Source: Octopus bimaculoides (lineage: Eukaryota). From it: a DNA stretch of 39,904 bases. Shown piece by piece: positions 24,971 through 36,667 of the stretch. The notes beneath the pieces are model-generated. The model was given only the letters and a program-made list of their open reading frames with translations, did not search any database and was not told where the DNA came from. The translations under genes were made by a program, and so were the position numbers. The DNA is taken from NCBI RefSeq assembly GCF_001194135.2, contig NC_068991.1, forward strand, positions 69,905,508-69,945,411. Direction: 5' to 3'. Within the stretch, counting starts at the first letter, position 1. Each line of letters starts with the position of its first letter.

Positions 24971-25118
24971 TACGTACAGGTATGTGCATACCGACATCCA
25001 CCTGTATGTATAGGTGCATATCTGGGTACAGGACATTGCAAACAAACGTAGACGAGAACACACGAGCCACATAGAGAACATTCTACTTCATCAGCTACCC
25101 ACGTTTTAACACCGGCGT
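24971..25118 (-). mobile_element. Second copy of the possibly Penelope-like dispersed repeat
   Basis: The reverse complement aligns to 18703-18865 with a ~20-nt internal gap. Confidence 0.55.
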
Positions 25119-25119
25119 G

Positions 25120-25468
<349 letters not shown>

Positions 25469-27436
25469 AGATAGTGAGAGGGGGAGGGGGAATTACGTAA
25501 TCAGTAGGTTACAACAGTTTCTGCTATAAGAGACAGTGCACTCAGAGCTGAGTCCGTGTGCATCACCTTACACCATCCTCGGTGCTCCTAATATGCACAC
25601 ACACACACACACACAAACACACACACGAACATTTTGTACGTGGTCATTATCTCGTTCCAGGTATCAAATCCCCCCCCCCCAATCTGATAAATCACTGAAC
25701 ATATTCATAAAAGAACCAACCCCGGAGAAATTTGAACCCAAGCTTTTTAGAGAAGTCAAAGTATTTATTCCAATGTAAAATTATTTCTGCCAACTTTCTA
25801 CCCTTGTGAACATATGGTTGGAAGAAAAAAAAGTTGAACAAAGAAAATAAAAAAAAAACGATTCATCATAGGTACCGAATCGGAAACTGATTCAATCCAC
25901 ATCTTATCAAGCGAGGCAATAATTGAAAATTATGTCTATCGATAATCTTCTAATTCCATTGTAACAAATACATTTTCAAAAATATCAAAAGAGAAACTTT
26001 GATTTTACGTTTACCATCTAAGGTGGTTTCAGTATGAGCAATAATGGTATTTTCTGAAAATATGGAAGTAAAATAAAAGAATTTGTAATCACTGTACAAC
26101 TATTCTCTTTTTCAAACAAATATTTGTAATTAGAATTGTTGATAAGAACTTTTAAAAAGTTTTTTTTTTTCTAAATTAATCATTCCTAATGTTCTCAAAT
26201 TTCATTTTTATTTGTACTTCTTTTTTTATTATTTCTGTTAACAAAACATTCGCTACATTGTAGCAATTGTTATCTTTAAAGGTAATTCCTACATTTAAAA
26301 AAATCAACAAAATAAAAAAAGAAACACGAAATGAAATCTATAACTTCTTTTCATGGCACCAGACTGTGTGAAAATTAAGATAAAAATAATGTGAAAGCAG
26401 AATTTAAAAAATTGCTTTTTTTTTCATATTTTAAATGAAATTTGAATGGGAAGAAAAATATGAAAGCAGAAATGACAAAAAGAAAAATTGAAAGGTGAGA
26501 ACTCTGAAAGAGTAGAGGTGTAATGTAATTTTTCGTACCTCAATGACTTTTCAAATGTGACAATTTTATACACAAGTATAGCGAGTTCAAATTCCTTAGC
26601 AATTTATTATGCATTAATGCAGTCATTTTGAGAGAATAATCTATCGGAAATGCGTAACAAATGTTCGGATTTCTACATCCAACCATAGTTTCTTCCTTGT
26701 ATCTATAACTATTAATGTGAAAGTTTATGTCTCAATAACTAGCGAAGGCAGCAACATCCATCTGATTATCTATCTATCTATCTGTCTGTCTGTGTGTCTT
26801 TCTTTCCCTCTATTTATGTGTATATGGATATATATGTATACCTGTATGAATATATATATATATATATATANNNNNNNNNNNNNNNNNNNNNNNNNNNNNN
26901 NNNNNNNNNNNNNNNNNNNNNNNNNNNNNNNNNNNNNNNNNNNNNNNNNNNNNNNNNNNNNNNNNNNNNNNNNNNNNNNNNNNNNNNNNNNNNNNNNNNN
27001 NNNNNNNNNNNNNNNNNNNNNNNNNNNNNNNNNNNNNNNNNNNNNNNNNNNNNNNNNNNNNNNNNNNNNNNNNNNNNNNNNNNNNNNNNNNNNNNNNNNN
27101 NNNNNNNNNNNNNNNNNNNNNNNNNNNNNNNNNNNNNNNNNNNNNNNNNNNNNNNNNNNNNNNNNNNNNNNNNNNNNNNNNNNNNNNNNNNNNNNNNNNN
27201 NNNNNNNNNNNNNNNNNNNNNNNNNNNNNNNNNNNNNNNNNNNNNNNNNNNNNNNNNNNNNNNNNNNNNNNNNNNNNNNNNNNNNNNNNNNNNNNNNNNN
27301 NNNNNNNNNNNNNNNNNNNNNNNNNNNNNNNNNNNNNNNNNNNNNNNNNNNNNNNNNNNNNNNNNNNNNNNNNNNNNNNNNNNNNNNNNNNNNNNNNNNN
27401 NNNNNNNNNNNNNNNNNNNNNNNNNNNNNNNNNNNN

Positions 27437-27690
27437 TTAAGTTTCAGCTTAGAGCTGCGGCCATGCTGATGCACCACCGTGTTGCTACACTGTTATTACA
27501 GGGAGCCTCTTACAATATGTGGCACTTGGTGAATAATGGAGTTTGATTTAGCAACCCTCATTTGCACCTCCTGCCGCGAGGTAGGTTCATCTGGGACTCT
27601 CGATAGGAAGAGGTCCAGCTTTGATTTAAAAACTCCTACATCTACTTTGTGCAGATTCCTCAGGCTCTTTGGGAGATTATTAAAAAGCTG
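27437..27690 (-). mobile_element. CR1/L2-group LINE 3' end (ORF2 C-terminus, stop and 3' tail), 5'-truncated
   Basis: An uninterrupted frame reads QLFNNLPKSLRNLHKVDVGVFKSKLDLFLSRVPDEPTSRQEVQMRVAKSNSIIHQVPHIVRGSL** (the FN.LP...R...FK..LD.FL..VPDEP motif). The 3' tail GGTGGTGCATCAGCATGGCCGCAGCTCTAAGCTGAAAC runs to the N-gap. Confidence 0.9.
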
Positions 27691-28180
27691 TATATATATA
27701 TACACGCACACACTGTCCTCTTTATAAGATATACCAACTGTCTAGGTATCAAGCTCGTACATATCACAAGAACATAAGCCAAATGATGCACTGAGTCACT
27801 TAAAACACACATTTTATGTCGCCCGTCTCATCGCTTTCCTTCAGGTGTTTTTTTTTCTCTAGAAGAATACTTGCGTTTTTATCTTTATAACTAACTTTTC
27901 ATCTTCTTTGTACGATTAAGAAATTGTGTTCAATGTTTTCAAAAAGTGTGAGAGAACACACAGATTTTCGTGCCCTAAGCAATCACCTAGTTTGCTTAGA
28001 TACACAGTGCAGTCCCTGATCGTTTTCCATGGCACCACCTGTACAATAGAATACAAGATAATACAAGATAATAAATTATATACATATATATATTTATACA
28101 TACACATATTTATATACATACATATATATATTTATATTTATATATATGTATATATATGTTTGTATATGCATCTATGCATC

Positions 28181-28237
<57 letters not shown>

Positions 28238-28323
28238 NNNNNNNNNNNNNNNNNNNNNNNNNNNNNNNNNNNNNNNNNNNNNNNNNNNNNNNNNNNNNNN
28301 NNNNNNNNNNNNNNNNNNNNNNN

Positions 28324-28360
<37 letters not shown>

Positions 28361-28913
28361 ATATATCCCTTTTAACGTTTCTTTACACGTTGAAGTAAAA
28401 TACATTAACAAAAGAAAATGAAGTGTATGACACCATATGTATGGAGTTTAGTAAATGAATAATGATGATAGCCATTAACTTATCAGCTGCCTTTCTACGT
28501 CAATTGTCACTACAACTACACGAAATTTAATTAGATTCAATTTGTCGCGGTGAAAACAACAAATTGATGAATCTCTAGATAGATGAGTTCACCACTTGAG
28601 TTGTGATTCTCAAATGAAGTATATTCAATCACGTGACGTGTTGGAGAAATTGAAGCTTCGATGCCACAGACCCACTGTATGGAAATAATGGGAAATATAT
28701 GATGGAAGTCATACTTAATACCAAACCGTTCACATCAAATGTTTGGTGGTTTGTGAAGGATGTAAACTTAAGAATTATAAAACTGAGTTCAATTTCTCCT
28801 TGCTTGATGTATGGATTCCAATTTTCTTTATTTCAAATTTACTTTTAATAAAGTAAATGCATATGCGCATATGTGTGTTCATGTGTATTTTTGTGCGTTC
28901 TTGGATGTGTGGT

Positions 28914-29271
28914 TGTTTATGCATTGCTCAAAGCCATAAGTATTTTCTACATTTGTACGTATAAGATTTATGTCTGATTAGAGTCAAACTACAAGGCTAA
29001 GCTAATGACGTTCATTGTGACAGAAACATGTGCTCACTGCTCTTCTACTGCATCCAGAAAAATGCTGCCTTTTTTAACGGCATGTTACTATGTTTATGCA
29101 TTGCTCAAAGCCATAAGTATTTTCTACATTTGTACGTATAAGATTAGAATCTAATTAGAGTCAAACTACAAGGCTAACCTAATGACGTTCATTGTGCCAG
29201 AAACATTTACTCACTGGTCTTCTACAGCATCCAGAAATACGCTATCTTTTTTTTTAACGGCATGTTACTAT
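28914..29271. repeat. Two-copy tandem duplication, unit about 177-180 nt
   Basis: Unit 1 is 28914-29090 and unit 2 is 29091-29270. The first 55 nt are identical; the rest differ by about 15 substitutions and a 3-nt T-run indel. Confidence 0.95.
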
Positions 29272-30588
29272 CATAAAGTTAACTTTTTCTTTTACCTTGA
29301 TATCATCTGATTTAGCATGAGTTACTCCTATGTACTTCTTTACATCTAACGAAGCGATTACTGTTCAGTAGACCAACGATTCAAATTGTGCAGAGTTTAA
29401 TATATATTTCTCCGTTTTTGCTGCCCTTATTCAGGTCAATAACCAATTTGAGCTAGTTGTCGTAGATCAATTTTCTAAGACACACACAAAGCCACTCACG
29501 TTTCAATTTAACGCAAACTCGTTTACTCCAAATTTCCGATTACATCTAAGAACGGCAGGCAACACGACCCTGTAGAGGAGGTAAATTAAAAGTGTTTATT
29601 AAAACCGTTACACAAGCCTAGAATTCATATTTTTGCCTAATATGTGACCGCGTCCGGTCTTTCTTTTTTATCATGTCGTGGGGTACCATCAGTGTTGTTG
29701 ACATGCTTCGAAGCGCTCGACACTGCGCAGACAACGAAATGCAGATATTTAGGCCTTACATCAACCACATCTGTCTCACAAGGTTCTATACTCTCTCCTC
29801 AATCCTATAAAACACTAAAAACAGAGAAATGACAGTGTTTTATATAGCTCAAAACGTTACGAATGTGTGACAATTTAAATTATACTTAGTTTAAAAGGTA
29901 TGGCGAGGTTTTATATAAAACAGAGGGAAAGATAAAACACGAAGAGTGATAAGGGGCGAAAGAGGGAAGAAATGAAGAGGGGGAAATTAGAAAGACAGAG
30001 AGAGAGAGAGAAAGAAGAGAGAGAAGCGAAATGCAGATGAGAAATGAAGGACGGAGAATTCTTTGTGTTGTAAACTAAGATATTAAAAGGAAAAAAAAAT
30101 CCAGCAGCTATCAATAAGCTATGATACTGCTAATAAAGAGATGATCATTGAATGAGTGATAAACAAATACAGCGACTCTTTTGAATTTTCACTGCTATGT
30201 ACGTAGAATCCATATTAACCTTATACATGAAACGAACGAAGGAATATAACGCTGCCACACAACATCATAAAAGTTTAGTATTCTGAATTCAACATATACA
30301 TATACCTCTCTAAGGCATAGTTCTAACATATAGCTGAAATAAATATTTTACCCAATACCTGAGCAACAAAATTCACTCTTGTTCTACGTATGTTCTTTTA
30401 TCTGCCATCCATATGAAACAGCTATAAAAATCTTTACACTGTACTTCATATGCTAATGTTGATTTTATTATTAGTGTCGTTGTGTCGTTGTTGTTCTTGC
30501 TGGTTACACGCCGATGTTGTTGTTGTTGTGGGTTTTGATGATAATGATGATAATAATAATGTGGTAGTTGTCAGTGGTGATGGTGTGT

Positions 30589-30590
<2 letters not shown>

Positions 30591-30684
<94 letters not shown>

Positions 30685-30710
30685 CGTATATATATACGTA
30701 TATATATACG

Positions 30711-30744
<34 letters not shown>

Positions 30745-30772
30745 TGTATATACATATATATATATATTCATA
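30591..30772. repeat. Compound (TA)n-(GA)n-(GATA)n-(TA)n microsatellite
   Basis: Direct reading; it runs into an N-gap. Confidence 0.93.
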
Positions 30773-31794
30773 NNNNNNNNNNNNNNNNNNNNNNNNNNNN
30801 NNNNNNNNNNNNNNNNNNNNNNNNNNNNNNNNNNNNNNNNNNNNNNNNNNNNNNNNNNNNNNNNNNNNNNNNNNNNNNNNNNNNNNNNNNNNNNNNNNNN
30901 NNNNNNNNNNNNNNNNNNNNNNNNNNNNNNNNNNNNNNNNNNNNNNNNNNNNNNNNNNNNNNNNNNNNNNNNNNNNNNNNNNNNNNNNNNNNNNNNNNNN
31001 NNNNNNNNNNNNNNNNNNNNNNNNNNNNNNNNNNNNNNNNNNNNNNNNNNNNNNNNNNNNNNNNNNNNNNNNNNNNNNNNNNNNNNNNNNNNNNNNNNNN
31101 NNNNNNNNNNNNNNNNNNNNNNNNNNNNATATATATATATTTATGTTCATGTATGTATGTATATATACACGCATGAAAACACACACATACACACATATAT
31201 ATATATATAGTGGCTTATATATCAATTTTGTTTCGATTATTCGTGTTGCTCATGTTCTCATTTCGTATTTATTGTTGTTGATTTACGTCAAAAGAGATTT
31301 GCTGCAATGTTTTGCCAAAACCCTTTAAAACGGTTACACGCCAAGATGTTACTGTACAAAGCTATCGTCGTGTTTATACATCCTATCTGATGATACACGC
31401 TTATCATTCTGTATATTGATATACACACACACTCACACACAAACGCACATACACACACACGTAATGTCACAACACACAGACACACACAGATACGAATGCA
31501 TAAACATTTTAAAAAATACATATATATAGATATTATATATGTGTATGCATGTGGGTGTGGCTGGGTGTGTGTATGCGTTTGCACGCGCCTGTGTCTGTTT
31601 GTATGTATGTATGCTTGAAATGTTTATCAGAAATATTTATGTATACACACACATATATGTGTGTGTGCGTGGTGTTTTTCTGTGTATGTGTGTGTTAATA
31701 GCGAGAAAGAAGGGGGAGTGACACACACACACATACATACATGTACAGAAGACAAACATATGCAACTAAACACTAGCGCACGCACACACACACA

Positions 31795-31842
<48 letters not shown>

Positions 31843-32145
31843 AGGACAGACATATGTCACACATAGGTCTGAATTCATGAAATGTGCTCAATGAATGCTG
31901 TAGACTTTATCCATTTATATGAAGCNNNNNNNNNNNNNNNNNNNNNNNNNNNNNNNNNNNNNNNNNNNNNNNNNNNNNNNNNNNNNNNNNNNNNNNNNNN
32001 NNNNNNNNNNNNNNNNNNNNNNNNNNNNNNNNNNNNNNNNNNNNNNNNNNNNNNNNNNNNNNNNNNNNNNNNNNNNNNNNNNNNNNNNNNNNNNNNNNNN
32101 NNNNNNNNNNNNNNNNNNNNNGAATAACTTCTCTCTCTCTCTCTC

Positions 32146-32220
<75 letters not shown>

Positions 32221-32762
32221 GTACGTTTGTGTGTGTCTGTCAATGTATATGTATGCGTGCGTCGATTTAGAATCACAAACGTGTGGGGTGTATCTTTGTT
32301 CATGCGTATTAGCATTCGAATGTTCTTTGCCATTCAGTTCAGTAGGCATTCAATTCTTAAACTCCCACCGCAACCCCAAAAATCCAACACCACCGCCAGC
32401 ATCCATATAACAGTTTCTACACAGTTAACACAGCACATTGCAGAGCTATGAAGCATCTCACTAAAACGCCAGGGATCAACCGTATTCAACTTAATTCCCA
32501 GACTCACATTTATTTTAGAAATCGAAAACCCGATGTTTCATATTTTAGGATTATTATCTTTACTGCTAGGGAAGCTATAGACAATGGCTGTTTGAAATAT
32601 CTCTCTATCTACTTAACAATATATCGATATCTTTAAAGATGTTTCTTGCTCTGTGTTTATCTGTCTATTCTCTCCCACACCCTTTCTCTCACATACACAC
32701 ACGCACACACACGTATATACGTACAGCTATATACATCAATGCACAAACACACACGCACACAT

Positions 32763-32930
32763 ATAGGCGCAGGTGTGGTCGTGTGGTAACATACGTGCTT
32801 CCCAACCACATGGTTCCGGGGTCAGTGTCACTGCGTGGCACCTTGGGCATCTCTCTTATTATAGCCTCAGGCCGACGAAGGCGCCTTGCGAGTGTATTTA
32901 GTTGAAGGGAAGTGGAAGAAACTAGTCGTA
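32763..32930 (+). mobile_element. SINE family B head (5' part)
   Basis: TAGGCGCAGGTGTGGTCGTGTGGTAAC...CCCAACCACATGGTTCCGGGGTCAGTGTCACTGCGTGGCACCTTGGGCA...TATAGCCTCAGGCCGAC aligns to the reverse complement of 37550-37703. Confidence 0.85.
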
Positions 32931-32968
32931 TATACATGTATATATATATATATATATTAATAAGTGTT

Positions 32969-33113
32969 ATTTATTTACTACACACCAGGGGCTACACACA
33001 GAGGGGACACATAAGGACAGACAAACGGATTAAATCGATTATATCGACCCCAGTGCGTAACTGGTACTATGTAGTTCGGAAGCAAGTTTATTACCACACG
33101 ACCACGCCAGCTA
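32969..33113 (-). mobile_element. Chimeric SINE: family B head (about 48 nt) joined to a family A type-1 tail
   Basis: 33066-33113 is the B head (TAGCTGGCGTGGTCGTGTGGTAATAAACTTGCTTCCGAACTACATAGT on the minus strand). 32969-33068 is an A tail matching 6711-6810. Confidence 0.8.
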
Positions 33114-33384
33114 GTATTATATATGTGTGTGTGTGTGTGAGGGTGTGTATACGTAGTCTGACCAATAACTATCTGGACTGTTTCCATAATAACGAAGCTA
33201 AAGCACTCAGGGTAAAGCTGCTTGGCACAGATTGACCGTGAAGTGTGTTGCGCATGAGCACCGAGTTTTAACGTTCTAGTGCACTTCCGTTCCCTATAGC
33301 AATACTGTCATTACATCAGATTGTTTATAAAGGTTGAAACACGTGTACTGCGATATCCTTTGTGTTCTGTTTTCAATGTATGTC

Positions 33385-33439
33385 CTCTATCTCTCTCTAT
33401 CTCTCTCTATCTCTATCTCTCTCTTTCTCTCTCTCTCTC

Positions 33440-33533
<94 letters not shown>
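33385..33533. repeat. (CT)n microsatellite, about 150 nt
   Basis: Direct reading. Confidence 0.96.
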
Positions 33534-33538
<5 letters not shown>

Positions 33539-33552
33539 GTGTGTATATATAT

Positions 33553-33730
33553 ATCCACAATGAGCAGAACTTACTTGCAGGTATTGGTAGTGCAAATCAG
33601 AGGTGCAATCTGTGTGGGTGTTTTTTCAAAACACTGTCTGGTTTAAAAAGCCACATCAGACGCCATGAAAGGGCTAAGGTGTAGGTGCAGGAGGTGGTCC
33701 AACTCTGTTTAAGGAGTAGACAACCACCAT
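33553..33730 (+). mobile_element. Single C2H2 zinc-finger fragment, probably the 3' end of an RTE-type LINE
   Basis: 33604-33666 encodes CNLCGCFFKTLSGLKSHIRRH (C-X2-C-X12-H-X3-H with the canonical F and L), with a stop at 33682-84. There is no TGEKP linker or second finger. The short 3' sequence ends in an AT run. An exon of a host ZNF gene is the alternative. Confidence 0.6.
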
Positions 33731-33924
33731 ATATATATGGAATACTTACTATGAAGGATTGTGTAGAGTATGTTGTATAAAGGATCGTGGGTAAGGCCAA
33801 AACAGTGAGAAGTAAATGCAAGGCTAATCACAAGAAAACTAATATATGAATTCATGTAGACTTACCTTGCATTCAGTATTTCTGGGTTATACAATACACA
33901 CACACATGTATTTATATGTATATG

Positions 33925-34140
33925 CTTGTGTGTCTGTGTTTGCCACCACCACCATCACCAACATCGATTGACAACCGATGTTGGTGTACTTACCTCCCCG
34001 TAACATTAGCGTTTCGGCAAGAAGACTCCGATAGAATGAGTAATAGGTTTACAGAGAATACGCTCCGGGGTCGATTTGTTCGATGATAAGCGGTGCTCCA
34101 GCATGGCCGCAGTCTAACGACCGAAAACTACAAGAGAGTA
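33925..34140 (+). mobile_element. SINE family B 3' half
   Basis: ACATCGATTGACAACCGATGTTGGTG...TTCGGCAAG...GATAGAATGAGTA...GGGGTCGATTTGTTCG...GCGGTGCTCCAGCATGGCCGCAGTC aligns to 37070-37256. Confidence 0.85.
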
Positions 34141-34432
34141 ACCGCATGTCAATCACGGCTAAATATAACTGTATAATTGCCTACGTGGTCAGTGGACTTT
34201 TTTTACTCGATATCATTAAGAATACGTCCCGGGGTCGAATTATTCAACTAAAAGCGGCGCTCCAGCATGGAATACGTCCCGGGGTCGATTTGTTCGACTA
34301 AAAGCAGTGCTCCAGCATGGCCGCTGTCTAACGACCGAAAGAAACGAGAGAGTAACCGCATGTCAATCACGGCTAAATATAACTGTATAATTGCCTACGT
34401 GGTCAGTGGACTTTTTTTCTCGATATCATGAA
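34056..34432 (+). repeat. Tandem array of the SINE-B 3' end plus unique flank (164 + 50 + 163 nt units)
   Basis: Units begin GAATACG at 34056, 34220 and 34270. The long units share the flank GAGAGTAACCGCATGTCAATCACGGCTAAATATAACTGTATAATTGCCTACGTGGTCAGTGGACTTTTTT. Confidence 0.93.
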
Positions 34433-34865
34433 GTGGTTTGTATTATACTCAGCTTATTCATTGTTTCAAGCTTCTAGTCCGTTATTCCAGCTCTCAGTTT
34501 CAGGTACGTCATTTCATAATTTTTTTTTTTTTATTAATGTACTCTTTGTTTGTTGCTAGTTCTCTGGTCTCATCATCATTACCTCTTTTTTGTATTGTTT
34601 TTTAAACCACGTGAAGACATAACTTATGGCAGCGTACAATCTTAACGTTTCGGTTTCGAGAAGAACTTTAAGTGGTTGCCTTCATATTTGTAGACACCAC
34701 TTATTCTTTCCTTTTCACCATCTACCATTTGTTCAGTCACATGACTTTACAAGCTCCACATAAACACACTTTATCAGCTTCTATCGCCATTCTATTCTTC
34801 ACCATTTTTTTTTTAGTCGTTTGTTTGTTTGTCGCTCATTTCTCTTTCGTTGTCGCTCCAGCTTT

Positions 34866-34924
34866 TGTTGTTGATGTCACTGATATTGTTGTTGCTGTTG
34901 TTTTTGATGTTGTTGTTGTTGTTT

Positions 34925-34977
<53 letters not shown>

Positions 34978-34995
34978 GCTGTTGTTGTTGTTGTT
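34866..34995. repeat. (GTT)n microsatellite
   Basis: Direct reading. Confidence 0.95.
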
Positions 34996-35145
34996 TATCT
35001 CCTCATTGCTTGTTTCGTGGAACTCCTGTGGAGAGATTTTTCAGGTCAATTATTCTTTGAATTTCTTTCACTGGAATATAATCACCAGGCCGCAAACAGA
35101 AGTCGACCAGCTTTCGAGTAAGAAATTATATTACTTGTTGTTGTT

Positions 35146-35259
35146 GATGATGATGGTGATTATGATGGTGGTGGCGGCGGCGTTGGTGGTGTTTCGGTGG
35201 TAATGATGATGATGATGATGATGATGATGATGGTGGTGATGACGATAACGATAAGGATA

Positions 35260-35322
<63 letters not shown>

Positions 35323-35352
35323 GTGGTGGTGATGACGATAACGATAAGGATA

Positions 35353-35403
<51 letters not shown>

Positions 35404-35450
35404 TTGGTGATGATGACGATGGCAATGAGAAAGTCAATGACGATAATGAC
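35146..35450. repeat. (GAT)n microsatellite with a duplicated interrupting cassette
   Basis: GGTGGTGATGACGATAACGATAAGGATAAT occurs twice (about 35232 and 35325) between (GAT)n runs. Confidence 0.93.
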
Positions 35451-35486
35451 TCTGACCGTTCTGTTGCTTTTCATTATTATTATGAT

Positions 35487-35723
35487 AGCGAGCTGGCGGA
35501 ATCGTTAGCACGCCGGACAAAATGCTTAGCGGCATACCGTCCGTCTTAACGCTCTGAGTTCAAATTCCGTCGAGGTCGACTTTGCCTTTCATACTTTTCG
35601 TGGTGTGTGTGTGGGGGCGTCGATAAAATAAGTACCAGATGCACACTGAGGTGGGGGTCAGTATAAAAGACTTACCCCTCTCTCCCTCGAAATTGCTGGC
35701 CTTGTGCCAAAATTTGAAACCAA
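35487..35723 (+). mobile_element. SINE family A (tail type 2), full length, followed by (TTA)n
   Basis: GCGAGCTGGCGGAATCGTTAGC (A box) ... GAGTTCAAATTCC (B box) ... GTCGACTTTGCCTTTCAT ... GATAAAATAAGTACCAG ... GGCCTTGTGCCAAAATTTGAAACCAA. There is a (GT)n-like insertion near 35590-35607. Confidence 0.92.
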
Positions 35724-35725
<2 letters not shown>

Positions 35726-35772
<47 letters not shown>

Positions 35773-35787
35773 ATTATTATTATTATT
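35726..35787. repeat. (TTA)n tract between two SINE-A copies
   Basis: Direct reading. Confidence 0.95.
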
Positions 35788-35946
35788 AGGCAGCGAGATG
35801 ACAGAATCTTTAGGATGTTGGAAAAAATACTTCGCATCATTTCTTCTGGTTTTAAATTCTGAGTTCGAATTCCGCCAGGTCTACTTTGCCTTTTATCTGG
35901 TCGAGGTCAATCTAATCGATTAGCCCCGTCCCCAAAAATTTCAGAT
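35788..35946 (+). mobile_element. SINE family A, degenerate, internally deleted
   Basis: AGGCAGCGAGATGACAGAATC...TCTGAGTTCGAATTCCGCCAGGTCTACTTTGCC...CCCCAAAAATTTCAG. Confidence 0.75.
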
Positions 35947-35956
35947 CATTAATATC

Positions 35957-36131
35957 AAGGCCAGCTGGTAAAATAGCAAGTGCGCTGGAAAAAAAATAAT
36001 GACTCGTGATTTATGCTGAGGCTCTTTGCATTCGGAGTTCGAATTCCAGCAAAATAAACTTTGCCTTGTTATTTTTCCGAAGTCGGTAATAAAGTTACAG
36101 GTGTCAGTGGTATCGACACATCCGCTTCTCT
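35957..36131 (+). mobile_element. SINE family A, highly degenerate
   Basis: AAGGCCAGCTGGTAAAATAG...GGAGTTCGAATTCC...AACTTTGCCTT...GTCGGTAATAAAGTTACAG. Confidence 0.6.
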
Positions 36132-36132
36132 C

Positions 36133-36440
36133 ACTACTACTACTAATACAACTACTGCTACTACTATTACTACTACTACTACTACTACTACTACAACTAC
36201 AACTACTGCTACTACTACTACTACTACCGCTGCTGCTGCTGCCGCCGCCGCCGCCGCCGCTGCTGCTGATGCTATCACTGCTACTACTGCGGCTGCTGCT
36301 GCTGCTAATGATGATGATGATGTCCATGATGATGATAACGCTGATACTGACAAAATGAGGATGATGACGACGATCATGATGGTGGTGGTGGTGGTGGCGG
36401 CGGCGGCGGTGGTGGTGGTGGTGGTGGTGGTGGTGGTGGT
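36133..36440. repeat. Compound trinucleotide tract (ACT)n-(GCT)n-(GCC)n-(GAT)n-(GGT/GGC)n
   Basis: Direct reading; it explains the poly-T/A/L/S/V ORFs. Confidence 0.93.
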
Positions 36441-36667
36441 GATATTGGTCGTCGTGTTGTGTAACGAGGAGAGTCGGGATTGCTCGAGTAGATGTGGCAC
36501 CCTCAAGTAAATTACTTCTTTAAAAATATAATCATTACTATGCTATTTTAATATAGAATCACAACTCAGGTATGCAGGTGGGAGTTTCTGCTGAGCCAAA
36601 GAAAGCTTTAAAAAAAACATATAAGGGGTTACCTCTCATACAATTATCAGAACAAATTATTAAATAC

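Noticed and set aside
34056-34432. CRISPR-like appearance of recurring GGGGTCGA...CCAGCATGG units
   Set aside because: The repeats are SINE tails, the intervening sequences are duplicates rather than unique spacers, and the context is eukaryotic.
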